A DNA stretch of 63,064 nucleotides, counting the filler, from Welwitschia mirabilis (Eukaryota): the NCBI GenBank assembly GCA_051453625.1. It is 7 parts of one record of this genome, joined end to end, with 100 filler letters (N's around TTAATTAATTAA, not from the genome) between each part and the next. Parts side by side here need not be neighbours in the genome. Positions count along the whole stretch, not along the records: positions 1 to 15,845 come from JBOZIK010000001.1; 6 more parts are not named here. One strand, given 5' to 3'. Under the pieces are notes generated by a model. That model saw nothing but the letters and a program-made list of their open reading frames with translations. It searched no databases and was not told the DNA's origin. This document shows, piece after piece, positions 1 to 13,550 of the stretch. The position numbers and the translations under genes are program-made. The first letter of the stretch is position 1, and every line of letters starts with the position of its first letter.

Positions 1-75
1 TAGTTCATATTGTTTGTTGAAAGAATTTTTAGAACCCTATTCACCCCCCCTCTAGGGTATTCGGTGATCCTAACA
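1..75 (+). mobile_element. 3' end (U5) of SIRE-type copia LTR, inserted into another element
   Basis: ATTCACCCCCCCTCTAG...GATCCTAACA terminus; near-identical in reverse to 20670-20735. Confidence 0.85.
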
Positions 76-127
76 CTTTTAGTTTTTATTTCCTTTCTGT
101 GCTTCTCCTCTTCCTTCTATTCCATCA

Positions 128-1140
128 TGCCAAAACACAAGATTTCAGTTTCAAGAAAAGAAAGAGGCAAGGATTAGGAAGTAGAACTAGTGTTTGTTTC
201 TTCTAGAGCAAAGGCTATGTGGACCCAAAGCTTTAACAAGAAACCCCTCACTCTAGAAAGGGTTATCCTTCATGATACTTTAGGCATTACTTCAATCTAT
301 TGCCCAGGTTAGAGGAACTTAGTTGAACTGACATTTTAAACCCTCATACATATAGTAAATTTGGTTCGTATGTTCTATTGTAATGGGTCGTCTCAGTTTA
401 AGCAAAACCAGTTTGTTTCCAACTTGATGGTGTTGATATTGCGGTTAACCCAGGAATGATACCTAGTACTACTAGTTTCCCATTAGGAGGAGAAGAATAT
501 GTGCATGTTACCTCAGTGTTTGTTCTAGACTGTCTTGTTCCTAGGGATGAACTCATGGAAGTTTTATATAAAATACAAGAGAATTGGAGAACAATTATTC
601 CCACTCACATGTTATGCCCAGTTTACAGGTAGTGTTCAGAATTGTTTCAAGCAATCTCATTTCTAAGCTCAGGCACATGGATGAAGTTTCTCCTTTTTGT
701 GCATATGTAATGTGCTGTTATGCCAGAAGCATTCAAATTAATTTACCTCGGATGATATGACAAAATATGGCTTCACACACTTCAATAGGTTCATCAGCTT
801 TGCCATATGGTGGCTTAAATACAAAGATGTGTCATCACCAGGTAGCATTACCTAAAGTGAAAGATGAAATTCTCAAATTACCCAAGGCATTTGATGAGTC
901 CTTCCTTATCGGAATGAAAAGTGTAGAAGGCTCTACTCCTCTAGCTCCTTCTTCCCCTCCTTCCAGGCAATTCAAGCACAGGCAATCTAGTGAATCTTCT
1001 TGTGGCACCTCCTCTACAGAAAAATGGCTTAAAAGGGTTTCTTCACAGTTCTTCAAGATTAAGAAGGTTCTTGTGGACTTTGGATTGAAAGTAGCTTCCA
1101 CTTCATGTAGCAGGGGCAGTAGTGGAAATGTGGAGGAATC
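128..1140 (+). pseudogene. Decayed env-like accessory ORF of SIRE-type element
   Basis: FVSSRAKAMWTQSFNKKPLT...LPYGGLNTKMCHH...; stops and frameshifts; homologous copies follow RNase H elsewhere in the window. Confidence 0.8.
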
Positions 1141-1399
1141 TAATTTATCTCTCTTTTTGCCTTGTTTTCATGCTTATCTTTATCTGCTTTGTTCCTTTGT
1201 GGGTTAGTTTGTGTTCCCTTCCTGTTGATTCCTTGTGTTAATTTTTGTGTGTCAGTCTTTGTGTCTATGCTCCTATGTATGACGAACGTTGAACGATATG
1301 TAGTCAAATTTTTGCTATAGATAATGTCAATTTTACTTATGGTCTCAATTTGGTTATAATCATGCCACACTTGAGTCTTATCCCAAATTGCCCTTCTAG

Positions 1400-2623
1400 C
1401 AATCTTTTCCATTGGAAGTCGTCGTGCTTTAGCAAATCTCTCATCATGACAATATTTTTCACTTGCAAACATGTTCATGAAATTGCTTTTATGACTCTGT
1501 ATACTTTAAAGCAAAATAAAATTGGTAGCAAATCGTGTTGTGGCAGGCCTAATGATATCGATACCTTTTGAGAATTCCAAAAAGAAATGTTGAATATGTG
1601 AATTCATGTGAATGAACTTGTAGATAAAGTTGGCTCTCCGCATAGCCTCTAATGACATACAAACATGGAAAATGAAAGTTAAACTTTTATTTCCTTAGTC
1701 AATTGTATCATAAATGCATGATGCCATAATATTTAATTTTTTACCACTGTAATTCAATTGATTTTGCTTATGTCTTGCAAAAGAAGTTGGGGGCAATGTG
1801 CAACACAAAGGGTCCAATATCTTGTAGGGTTAGAGGCCATTAGATTGTGTCTAGCGGCAGCAAAAGAGGAAGCATTGTCTGTAATAACCTATGGGTAATG
1901 TATCAAATTGAAAATAGTTAGTGCCTAGCAAACAAAACTCAAAAACCATACATTAAAAAACTACATATGCTCCATATTCGCATCTAATAAGTTAACATTT
2001 CTTACTTATAGAACATGCTCTGGAACAATAACTTTAATGCATTCCTTAATATGACTGAAAAGATATTGGGCATTTTTATACTCAGTTAATGCATCAACAC
2101 TCTTCAGAAAGACAATGCCTTTTAACAGATCCAACCGTGAAATTCAACAAGTTGTGCCCTCTTTTGTTCCCCCATCCATCACACATCACAATACATCCTT
2201 TATCCTGCTAAGCNNNNNNNNNNNNNNNNNNNNNNNNNNNNNNNNNNNNNNNNNNNNNNNNNNNNNNNNNNNNNNNNNNNNNNNNNNNNNNNNNNNNNNN
2301 NNNNNNNNNNNNNAACTTTAATGCATTCCTTAATATGACTGAAAAGATATTGGGCATTTTTATACTCATTTAATGCATCAACACTCTTCAGAAAGACAAT
2401 GCCTTTTAACAGATCCAACCGTGAAATTCAACAAGTTGCACCCTCTTTTGTTCCCCCATCCATCACACATCAAAATACATCCTTTATTCTTCTAAGCATT
2501 ATGATGGTTATTTAACAAACAATCAATGTCTTCTGTTACCTCATCCANNNNNNNNNNNNNNNNNNNNNNNNNNNNNNNNNNNNNNNNNNNNNNNNNNNNN
2601 NNNNNNNNNNCCCAACACATTTC
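1400..2623 (-). pseudogene. hAT transposase remnant (DUF659-type)
   Basis: Minus-strand GCIVMCDGW, GIVFLKSVDA, YWTLCVAHC-QLLLQDI, IIRPATTRFATNF motifs, disrupted. Confidence 0.8.
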
Positions 2624-3718
2624 TGTTAGGATCATTAGGCACCCTAGAAATGGGGGGAGGGGGAGGGGGAGGTGAGTAGGGTGATTATAAAAAATTATTT
2701 TCAATATCGATTAATCTGGATTATTAAAGAAAAATCCGAGAAGCTTAATCACACACAATTGTGAGAGAAAACAAAATGCAAGAAACAACAAAAGAGATTG
2801 TGCACCAGATTTATAATGGTTCGACAAACCTTGCCTGCTCCACTCTCAGGGGGCNNNNNNNNNNNNNNNNNNNNNNNNNNNNNNNNNNNNNNNNNNNNNN
2901 NNNNNNNNNNNNNNNNNNNNNNNNNNNNNNNNNNNNNNNNNNNNNNNNNNNNNNNNNNNNNNNNNNNNNNNNNNNNNNNNNNNNNNNNNNNNNNNNNNNN
3001 NNNNNNNNNNNNNNNNNNNCCTTCAGCCCAATACATCAACAGGTATGAGCAAGATATCCAAATGTGGTAGATATCTCAATGTAGTATAGATTGTATGATT
3101 ACATTAGAGTTTAGCACAATGACCAAATTTTGGTGTAGGCGCTTACAACAATAATTATTCAATCTTTTATAGAAAAGGATTACAAAAATAACTCATGGAG
3201 CCTCAAACTTGAAACCCTAGCCATTTAGCAACCAACCTTGACTATTGGCTCTTAAAAAAATGTTTTCTGATAGCTGCAACAATTATATTTTCGCTCTAAT
3301 GTTCGCTTGTCCGGACATCCCCTTCTTTATTACTAGATGTCCTAGTTGTAAAGCTTGACTTCTATCAAAACTGCAAGGCATCCAGGACGTCCCGGTATAA
3401 GATCCGGACATCCCCATAATAAGGATAGAATACAGGGTCAAATATCCTTGTCCTGTGCTTCAGATGTCCCCATACAATGTTCCCGCAAACAGGTCTAGAC
3501 GTCTCGATATCAAAATTTCTGTGCTTCGGATGTCCCCATGCAATGTTCCCGCAAACAGGTCCGGACGTCTCGATATCAGAACTTGGACGTCCCCATACAA
3601 ATTATCGCGTATAGGGCCAGATGTCCCAATTGAAACAACTTTAAATTTTCTTAATTTTGACTTAGCTTTGTGGACAACGCGGAGACTTTGACATCATTGA
3701 AACTTGTATTCTTCTACA
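2624..3718 (-). repeat. 3' LTR with GGACGTCC palindrome array
   Basis: TG..CA ends on minus strand; PPT at 3719-3731; repeated GGACGTCC variants 3310-3630. Confidence 0.85.
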
Positions 3719-4399
3719 GTCTCCCCCTTTTCAATTATGACNNNNNNNNNNNNNNNNNNNNNNNNNNNNNNNNNNNNNNNNNNNNNNNNNNNNNNNNNNN
3801 NNNNNNNNNNNNNNNNNNNNNNNNNNNNNNNNNNNNNNNNNAAACTTGTATTCTTCTACAATCTCCCCCTTTTCAATTATGACAACCCTGTCCAGGAGCT
3901 TAAGAAGGATGGTGGATTACTACCCTTAAATTTGTACTCCTGGATTGACTTGTTACCTGCAAAATTAATTCAACACACAAATAGTCCTTGCAAATAGTTT
4001 AGTGCAATGGCTTTTTGACAAGATTTGTTGAGGTAAAGTTAATGAAATGTGAGTATATTCGATATGTCAAAGATGAGATAGACTCACGTAATGATATTCC
4101 AGTGAGAGCACAAAAGCATGTGATAAAATTAGCAATTAGAAAAGCCAGTTATTTAAGCTAGCAATCTAAACTTGTCAATTTGAATATCTTCTCCCCCTTT
4201 GTGGTTATTGACAAGTAGAAACATAACACAATGAAAGCATATCTAATAGAAAATGAAACTGATTTCATTACTTGTCAAACTGAGTTACAAAAGTTGAGAG
4301 TTTGATAGTACAATACAAAAAGAGGTATACAGAATGAGATGTACAAAGTACAGAAAGTGATTATGAGAAGAGGAGAGCAAGGAAGAGGAATCATCATGC

Positions 4400-5450
4400 T
4401 CACTTCTTCTTCTTTTTCTGATCTCGGAGGTATCTCTAGTCTATGAGTAGACAAATCAAACACAATTCGATCAACTCTTCTGCACAGTTTGTCTGTCGTC
4501 TTCTGAGCTCTAAGGGCTATTTCTTTTACATCTAAAATTTCCTTCATTGGATCTTCATTATTGATTTGGCTTGTGCTAGTGCCTTCTTCTCTTTGTTGCT
4601 TCTTCTTTGGCAGAGGAGGAGGACCAATGATATCAGAGAGAATATTCATCTTTTTCAGTCAGTAAAGGCCAAGAGGTTTTGGTACCTTTTTACTAGTTCT
4701 TCATCCTTTTAAATTGCAAATTGATGATTTTCCTGGATAGCAGTAATGAGTCCACTAAGAGGTAAGCTTCTATAATCACCACTGATGAACTAACTCATGT
4801 AGAACATTGTGAATTTATACAAATTTATTCTAACACCCCTGCCAAGACAGAACAAAAGATACCCAGACAACGGAAAAACTTCATCTTTGTGACCTAGTTT
4901 AGGCACGAGGTTGTGTGTAGAAATTTGAAATAAAACTCTATATAATGGAGTTAACTTATTTGTAGGTATACTTGCTCTCCACTGAAAATTATACCCACAA
5001 AGTTTAGTTGTCAATACATCTCGAGCCACAACTTCTTTCAAGAAACTCACTGAAGTAGTTTTACAAAAAAAATCCTTCATTTGGATAGCTAGTTACTAAA
5101 GAAAGGATTCAAGATCTACATCTACACGTCTACCATAAAATTTGGTAGTAATGACCCAATCTGTAGATTTAAAATGGGCATTATAATAGAAAAGGCATAC
5201 CATATGTGTAGATGCTTGAGAGTCAGGGCCTAAGGCATATAACCAGCCTTGCTTTTCAAATTTATCTACTATCCTGACTTCCTGCTTGAAAGAGTTATAG
5301 TCAATCTTCCTCTCTGGAGCTAGGGGTCTCTTGTTGAAGCCACTGAGCCAAGCTTTGCGGGGTTCTGGAGATAAAAACCATTCTGACTCTGGCTCTAGTT
5401 CTTTCCCTTTCCTGGGAATGCCAATCTTGCTTCTAGCTATGATGACTCAA
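4400..5450 (-). pseudogene. Env-like accessory ORF, divergent copy
   Basis: LYRVLFQISTHNLVPKLGHKDEVFPLSGYLLFCLGRGVRINL aligns with the other copies; lies between RNase H and PPT. Confidence 0.75.
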
Positions 5451-5856
5451 GAGGAGGGGCTCAGAGGATTCAGAGGAACTCAGAGTAAGGGATGGAATGA
5501 GAGAAATGAATGAAGAAGTCAAAAGTTTGACTTTTAAGCTCATGGATAGCATGGGCATCCTGCTAGGGTTATGTCTGCTAAAGCGCGGACGTCCGGCTTT
5601 CTAAGTGCAGACATCCGGATTATAACAACAAAAAGATATGCAAAGTTGAAGAAGAGCAGACATCCGCTTGAAAAGGATGGGATGTCTGGTTTATAACCAG
5701 ACTCGGGATGTCCTGACATTAATATGGGACGTCCAGGCGTAGATAAAAACCTAAGATAAGGAAACACCTAGAAAACAACAAACACACAAACAACAAGAAT
5801 GAGCACATTAACAGCAATTTTAATGAGGTAAGAGCATACAAATTTTTATTAACAAA

Positions 5857-8800
5857 TCATTGAGAGGAGGGGCAAGACCTTATACCTAGATTCCCTATGA
5901 GATAGGCAAATCTCTTTTTAGTTAAACTTTTAGTCATTACATTAGCTATCTGATCATAAGTTGAAACATGTTCTAGTCTTATATTATCGTTTTGAACTTG
6001 CTCTCTAATAAAATGGTGTCTAATATCAATGTGCTTTGTTTTTGAGTGTTGAACCAGATTTTTGGTGATGTTTATGGCACTGGTGTTGTCACAAAATAGT
6101 TTAATAATTCTGATTTCACACGAAAATCCAATAGCATTCATTTCATCCATAAGAGTTGGGCACAACATGCTCCTACAGCAATGTACTTAGCTTTAGCTAT
6201 TGATAATGATGTTGAGTTCTATTTTCTGCTTAATTATGAAACTAGGCAGTTATCCATGTAGAAACAGCACTACTTGTACTCTTTCTGTCATCATTACATC
6301 CTGTCCAATTGGCATCACTATATCCTACTAAATCAGTAGAGGTGTCGTATGGATACCAAAGTCGAAAATATTGAGTGTTTTCAAATATCTCAAGATCTTT
6401 AAGACACAAAACAAATGCGATTCCTTAGATCAGACTGATACCTTGCACATATGCTTACACTATGTGCTATAGCTAGCCTACTAGCTGTTACATACAATAA
6501 GCTTTCAATTATTCCTCTAAATAACTTTTGATCTATTTTCTTTCCTATCTCATCTTTACTAATTTTCACATTTGTGGAAAGAGGAGTNNNNNNNNNNNNN
6601 NNNNNNNNNNNNNNNNNNNNNNNNNNNNNNNNNNNNNNNNNNNNNNNNNNNNNNNNNNNNNNNNNNNNNNNNNNNNNNNNNNNTTGCAATCCCAAGAAAA
6701 CGTTTAGTTCACCTACCATGCTCATTTCAGATTTTTTTTGCATTGTTTTGGCAAATGTTTTGGCAAGAAAGGTGTTAGTAGAGCCAAAAACTATATCATC
6801 AACATAGATTTGAGTTAATAGCATCTCAGCTTCTTCGTATTTAATGAACAAGGTTGGATCAGCATGCTCCTTTTTAAAACCATTTGACACTAGAAAGGTA
6901 TTTAGTTTTTCAAACCAAGCTCTAGGGGCTTGCTTCAACCCATATAAAGCCTTATTTAATTTAAACACATGATCTGAAAATTTTGGATTTGTGAAACCAG
7001 GAGGCTAAGCTATGTAGAGCTCTTCGTTGATATATCCATTTAGAAAGATACTTTTAACATCCATTTGAAATAGTTTGATCTTATGATAGCACGCAAAAGC
7101 AAGAAGCATTCGAATGGCTTCTAGAGGAGCAACAGGGGCAAAGGTTTCTTTCTAATCTATTCCTTCTTGTTGGCTATATCCTTGAGCAACTAGACGAGCT
7201 TTGTTTTGAATAATGTTGTGATTTTCATCTCTCTTGTTTTTGAACACTCATTTAGTTATAATAATATCTTTAAGAGAAAGAACTAAATTCCATACTTTGT
7301 TTATCTCGAATTGGTTTAATTCTTATCCTTTTCTCCTTCTTGGAAATTCTTTGGTTCAAGAGAGGATAAGAAACAAAGAAGACTATGTCTAATGCTCTTT
7401 CCACTTCTGGTGGTGGTCTCTTGATCAAGATTACTTACAATACCTTTATGGGGGTGGTTTCTCTTAGTTCTTTGAGGAAGTGTACGATAAGAGTTGGTTT
7501 CCTCTTTTTCTAGGCTAGTTCTTGAGGTTGAGGGTTGGTCTATGTGAATGGATGTTTTTGGCAAGATTGCTGCTAGGTCAAAACTATCTGATGAAGTGAA
7601 ATCACTAGAGTCATCAATTTTAATGGGTGCTGATTCTTCCACTTTGCCAGTTGCTTTGTTCAAAACTCTATAGGCCTTACTTACTAATGAGTATCCTAAA
7701 AATATACCACTGTCAGATTTTGATTTAAATTTAATTGTGGGATACTTGTCTTTTAGTATGACACATTTACTTCCAAAAAGCTTGAAATAGCTTACATTGG
7801 GTTTCTTCTCATATAGAAGCTCATAAGTTGTTTTTGAGGTGCCTGATCGAGAAAAACTCTGTTTGAGCCATAACAGGCTGTGTTTACTACTTTGCCCATA
7901 GATTATAAGGAAGAAAGTATTCATTAATCATAGTTCTAGCCATTCCAATTAAGACTTGATTGTTCCTTTCTGCCACACCATTTTGTTGAGGTGTCTGGTG
8001 AGATATACCATTGGTGCTGCAGAACTTATCAAATTCTGCATTGTCGAATTCTCCTTCTCTATTAGACTTTATAGTCTTGATGGGTTTATCTAACTCCTTT
8101 TGGATTTTCTTTCCAATCTTTAAAAATATTTCAAAGGCCTTATCTTTGCGAGTTCAGAATCCTACCAACAAAATCCTGAAATTTCATCTACTATTACTAA
8201 GAAATATTTTCTTCCTCCCATACTTCTGGTTTGAACTGGACCTATCAAGTCCAGGTGAATTAACTCTAGAGGCTTAAAGGTAGAAATGTCCCTCTTCTTT
8301 GGAAAGCTTGATTTTACCAATTTCCCTTTTAAGCATGATTTGCAGACTTTGGGCTTGGTCTACATTAAGTTTTCGAATACCCATTACTATTTCTTTTGAT
8401 GAAATACTGTTTAAGTCTTTTAAGTTCATATGTTCTAGTCTACGATGCCAAAGCCCAGCTTCATTTGCTTGGTCTAAGTAACAACTTTCTATTGATTTGT
8501 TGCTACTTCAAAGCACATACATGCACTTAGACCTATAACTATTGAGAATTTCTTGATTGGTAACACTGTTGCGAATGACACATTTATTTTTGTAGAATGA
8601 AACAATGTTACTTCTATCATAAATTTGTGATATGCTCAGCAAGTTACGTTTTAGTCCTTCTACTAGATAAACATCATTTATCGTTGGATGAAATTTAGTT
8701 GCAGCAATGGATCCTTTACTAACTATGTGACCTTTACTGTTATCTCCAAAGGTAACTTCACCACCATCATTATCTTGGAAATAGACTAATAGACTCTTGT

Positions 8801-10150
8801 TTCCCGTCATGTGCCTAAAGCGTCCACTATCTAAGTACTATCCCCTTTTTTTTTAAGCCTTAAAGGCAGCATGAGCAAATAGAGATGAAATATGACCTTT
8901 TCTCATCCATTTCTTGGAAACTTGCCTTCTAGAAGGGTTTTGATCTAACGGGGTTTTTCTAAAAAACTTGAAATTGCCGATAGAGTGTCCAAAGTAAGCT
9001 GATTTCTTGTAAGGACAATTAAATTGAATATGCCCATGACTATTATAATAGAAGCATCTTAAACTAGATCTTTCAAACGACTGGTATTGGACACTATGAC
9101 CAAAAGAGTGAAATGTAGGAGTTTTATTGGAAGAGCTTCCTAAACAAGATTTGTCGAGATGGGATCTTCCTACACCTAATAACTTATTTAGATTATCCTT
9201 ACCTTGAGTTAAATGATTGGCAAGGAATCTAGCGTCTTCTTTAGTCAAAGACTCGATTTTCAGATTGACCCTTTTTAAATCACATTCTAGTTTTTTTACT
9301 GATTTTTTATACAAAACATTTTTCTTTCCTAAATCTAGACTAAGCGTATACAAATTTTTGTAAGCTTCAAACAGTTCAACATGGTCAAAATCTAGATCAC
9401 CACATTCTTCAAAAGCGTTTTCTGATTTCTTAGAATCAAAAAAACATTCATCATCAATAGAATTAGAAGAGATAAGGGAACTTACCTCTTCAGTAACCGC
9501 AAGGAGCCCAAAGCTCAAGCCATCTCCTTCATCGCTCGAACTAGCTCCTTCACCATCTGATTCACTCAATGTCCTTACTTTCTTTGATGGCTGTCACTTT
9601 GGGCTTAAACTTCATAGTGAGACTTCTGAGGATTTTGCAAACTACTCTATTCTCTAGAACGTTTTCTCCTAGATCCCATGTGTTGACAATATTGCTCACT
9701 TTTGTGGTGTAGTCTACTACTATTTCAGATTCCTCCATTCTGCTGTTCTCAAATTTTGTTGTGAGGAGTTAGAACTTTGAGTTCTTCACCATGTTGTTTC
9801 TTCATGGGCTACTCAGAGAGTATCCCACATTTCTTTGGCAGTAGAACATTGAACTACTCGATCATACTCTTCATTTGACAAGGAGCAAATGATTGCATTC
9901 ATGGCCCTTGCATTGTTCTAGAGTTTCTTTATGTCATCATCATCCCACTTGTCTCTGGGTTTTACTGATATGATTCCGTTCTCATCAACCTACTTTAGAG
10001 GAGCATAGCCCTGTTCGACCATGTCCGCATGTTTGGATGAAGAGAGGTCAAAAATATTCTCATCTTGGACTTCCAGTGAGGATAGTTGTTTCCATCGAAG
10101 AAGGGAGGCTTTGAAACTGCGTGACTCTCTAGATAACTTGTAGATGCCAT
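5857..10150 (-). pseudogene. Copia gag-pol pseudogene
   Basis: MASTSY..KPPFFDGNNYPHWK gag start; YLDSG protease; GIFLGYS integrase tail; LNKALYGLKQAPRAW and YVDDI RT; CDNTSAI/KHIDIRHHF RNase H; internal gag deletion near 9570. Confidence 0.9.
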
Positions 10151-10192
10151 CAAACCTGTACCTTAAAAAGAGTGTACAGATCTAGAACACCA

Positions 10193-10205
10193 GGCTCTGA
10201 TACCA
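10193..10205 (-). promoter_or_regulatory. Primer binding site (tRNA-iMet)
   Basis: TGGTATCAGAGCC 2 nt inside the LTR end. Confidence 0.9.
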
Positions 10206-10403
10206 ATTGTTAGGATCGTTAGGCACCCTGGGGTGGTGAATAGGGTGATTATAAAATTATTTTCAATGTCAATTAATCTTGATTACAAAGAACAACTTAA
10301 AACNNNNNNNNNNNNNNNNNNNNNNNNNNNNNNNNNNNNNNNNNNNNNNNNNNNNNNNNNNNNNNNNNNNNNNNNNNNNNNNNNNNNNNNNNNNNNNNNN
10401 NNN

Positions 10404-11160
10404 GGCACTATGACTAAAAGAGTGAGAGGTAGGAGTTTTACTTGAAGAGATTTCTAAATCGGATTTGTCAAGAGGGGATCTTCCTACACCCAATAATTTA
10501 TTTAGATTATCTTTACCTTGAGTTAAATGATTGGCTATGAATCTAGCATCCTCTAGTTCCTTAATCAAGGATTTAATTTTCAAATTTGCCCTTTTTAAGT
10601 CACATTTTAGTTTTTCTATTGATTTCTTATAAAAAAACATTTTTCTTTCCTAAATAAAGACTAAGCACATACAATTTCTCATAAGCTTCAAACAGTTCAT
10701 CGTGGTTGAAATCTAGATCACCACGTTCTTCAAATTGTTCTTTGATTTCCTAGAATTAAGAAAACATTCATCATTAATGGAATCAAAGGAGATAGGGGTA
10801 CTTACTTCTTTAGCAATTGCAAGGAGCCTGAAGCTCAAGCCATCTCCTTCATCACTTGAACTAGCTTCTTCACCATCTAATTCATCCCACATAGCTTGGA
10901 GTACTTTTTTCCCTTTGGCTTTGGATGACTTCTCCTTTTTGGTGTTAGCACAATTTGCATTCTTAACATTGAATAGGACTAGAAGAATTTTTACCTTTGT
11001 CATTTTCCCCTTTGAAAGAACTCTTGGAATATTTGCCTTCTTTTTTCTTTCGTAGGAAGCATTTGAAGTTCTTAGTTAGAAGTGCCAGGTTTTCGTCCAT
11101 CTCGTCTTTGCTTGAATAGTTGGCCTCTTTACATGCCTTGAGAGGGTTCTTCCCTTTTTG
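10404..11160 (-). pseudogene. gag fragment of the same SIRE family
   Basis: DEGDGLSF, HLTQGKDNLNKLLGVGRS nearly identical to ORF 8853-9569. Confidence 0.85.
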
Positions 11161-11219
11161 GCATCATTGACTCTGTATATCCAAAATAAACATTAAAAAT
11201 ATGTGTGAAAAGCATATTC

Positions 11220-11233
11220 GGAGAGAGGGAGGG

Positions 11234-11272
<39 letters not shown>
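11220..11272. repeat. (GA)n microsatellite
   Basis: Direct read; runs into a gap. Confidence 0.9.
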
Positions 11273-11699
11273 NNNNNNNNNNNNNNNNNNNNNNNNNNNN
11301 NNNNNNNNNNNNNNNNNNNNNNNNNNNNNNNNNNNNNNNNNNNNNNNNNNNNNNNNNNNNNNNNNNNNNNNNACATGCCTTGAGAGGGTTCTTCCCTTTT
11401 TGTCATCATTGGCTTTGTATATCCAAAATAAAAATTAAAAATATGTGTGAAAAGCATATTCGGAGAGAGAGAGAGAGAGAACAAAGAAATATGAGCACAA
11501 AACAAGTAACTAGATGTAGTATATAACAATAAACTATATTAGCTATAGCAAAGATTTGATTATATATCACTTAATGTTCGCAATACGTCGGAGCATAGGC
11601 ATAAAACTAATTGACAGAAACTAACACAAAGAATGACAAGAGAAAACACACAAATTGACACACAAAGAGACAAGATAAGATGAAGAAAGAACATAAATG

Positions 11700-12700
11700 C
11701 AAGACTGATAGGAGGATCAATCAGAATCATCCACATGTCCATTGCTTCCACTATTGCAAGAGGTTGAAGCCACTTGCAAATCAAATTTCACAATAGCCTA
11801 CTTGATCTTGGAGAACTGAGAAGATATCTTGTTTAACCATTTTTCTCTAGAAGATGGCCCACTAGAGGGTTCACCAGACCTCATGTTCTTGATATGCTTG
11901 GTTGGAGGGGAAGAAAGAGGTGGAGGGGTTGAGCCTTGAACATTTTTCATACAAAGCAAAGAAAATTCATCAAATGGTTTGGGCAGCTTGAGAATGTCAT
12001 CCTTAACTTTTGGTAAGGCTGTTGATCGTGACCAATCTTTGTAATTAACCCACTGTAAGGTAGGCTGTTGATCCCATTGAAGTATATGAAGCCATGTTCT
12101 CTAGAATTAACTGAGGTAAATTGATCTTAATGCTTTTGGCATTGTTAGTACATAATATAAGCACATAGAGGAGAGATTTCATCCATATGCCCAAGCTTGG
12201 GAATAAGATTATGTGAAACAATTCTAAAGAGTACTTTGTAAACTATGCATAAAAGATGAGTTGGAATGGCTTTTCTCTGAAACTCATGTTTTCCACAAAG
12301 GACATTCATGAGCTCTTGCTTGGGAATAAGACTATTGAGAACAACACATGCGCATACTTTTCTCCTTCCAATGGAAAACCAATAGCACTAGAAATCATTT
12401 CTAAATTGATTTCAATGTTGATGCCATATAAATTTGAAACAAAACGATTTTGTGGAGACTCAAAGGATCCATTGCGATAAAACATACGAACAAGGTTCAC
12501 CATGGCATGAGTACGAGAGGTTAAAATATATGTCCACCTGAGTTCTTCGAACCTTGGCAAAATATTGAAATAATGTCTGAAGGTATCATGAAGAATTACC
12601 CTTTCTGGTGTGAGAAACTTTTTGTTAAAACTTTGAGACCACATAGCCTTGGCTCTTGGAGAAACAAAGATTGGTTTTGCTTGCTTATCCTGTTTAGAAT
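11700..12700 (-). pseudogene. Env-like accessory ORF remnant, followed by 3' UTR down to about 11160
   Basis: FVSPRAKAMWSQSFNKKFLTPERVILHDTFRHYF... Confidence 0.8.
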
Positions 12701-12704
12701 ATAT

Positions 12705-13550
12705 ATCCATGTCCTTTAATGGGATGTCTGGACCTGTTTTCATCCAAATGAAAAGGGGACGTCCAAGTGATCAACTAGGACGTCTGACCACTCACCCCCT
12801 TTTTTTTGTTTCCTGACAAAGTAAAGTATTAAAACCGGGACCTCCAGATTCTCTAAAAGGGACATTTGGCCAGACGAATGTTGGAGCAGAAAATTGAAGT
12901 TTTTGAACGTTGGATTTAGTATTGCAAGAAGCCAATGGGAATGGAGCTTTGCTGGCACACCAACCAATGTTGAGGGCTCACTATTTGAGACCACAACAAC
13001 TATATTCTTAGCCAGCTTCTGCATAAAAGCATGGAGAACATGGTAGCTAGACATTTGGACATGTACTAAACTTCTAAGCTATCTATTATTGAAAGATACA
13101 CTCTTTTGAGTTGTCACTGCAAACGAAAGTATTTTATTCTCTTAGCTGTTGTACTATCAAGCTAATGTTCAGTGCAATTTAAGGCACTTTATATTTCATC
13201 ATATTCTAATTGTATCACTTTGTTGTATGCTCAGGATTAAGCATTGCAGTAAAGTCCCTTGGAAGAAGGGCATTATAAGGAAGTGAAATCCCTAGGGAAA
13301 GGGTCCTATAAGTTTTGAAGAGCTAAGGGATCTAGGAGGTTGGAAGCTATTGCTGCCCCCTGAAAGTGCAGTAGGTAAAAGGCTGAAGCATTCTAAAATT
13401 CTGGTGTATCCTATTACCTATATTTTGTGATCTTCTATTTTACTTGTTTTATTAGCTATTGTCCTCAAGGGTTGTTTCAGCTTAATTTAATTGAAAATTA
13501 CTAAAAACACCATTTTCACCCGTGTTTAGTGTGCCTTTAGAATCCTAATA
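12705..13550 (+). mobile_element. 5'-truncated degenerate SIRE-type LTR
   Basis: GGACGTCC repeats; conserved hairpin at 13365; decayed TTTTCACCC...ATCCTAATA end. Confidence 0.65.

Larger units (their letters stand above)
2624..10303 (-). mobile_element. Near-complete decayed SIRE-type Ty1/copia element (5' LTR cut by gap)
   Basis: Matching LTR ends at 2624 and 10208; PBS; gag-PR-IN-RT-RH order; env-like ORF; multiple PPTs (about 4190, 3720). Confidence 0.9.

Noticed and set aside
2030-2490. Direct repeats flanking N gaps (also 3700/3842, 11131/11373, 26397/27423, 38247/38667, 40133/40577)
   Set aside because: Pattern of unmerged contig overlaps or haplotypes; likely assembly artefacts rather than tandem duplications.
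8840-8860. A-run and stop between gag and protease as a possible programmed frameshift
   Set aside because: The element is heavily decayed, and a homopolymer indel explains it equally well.
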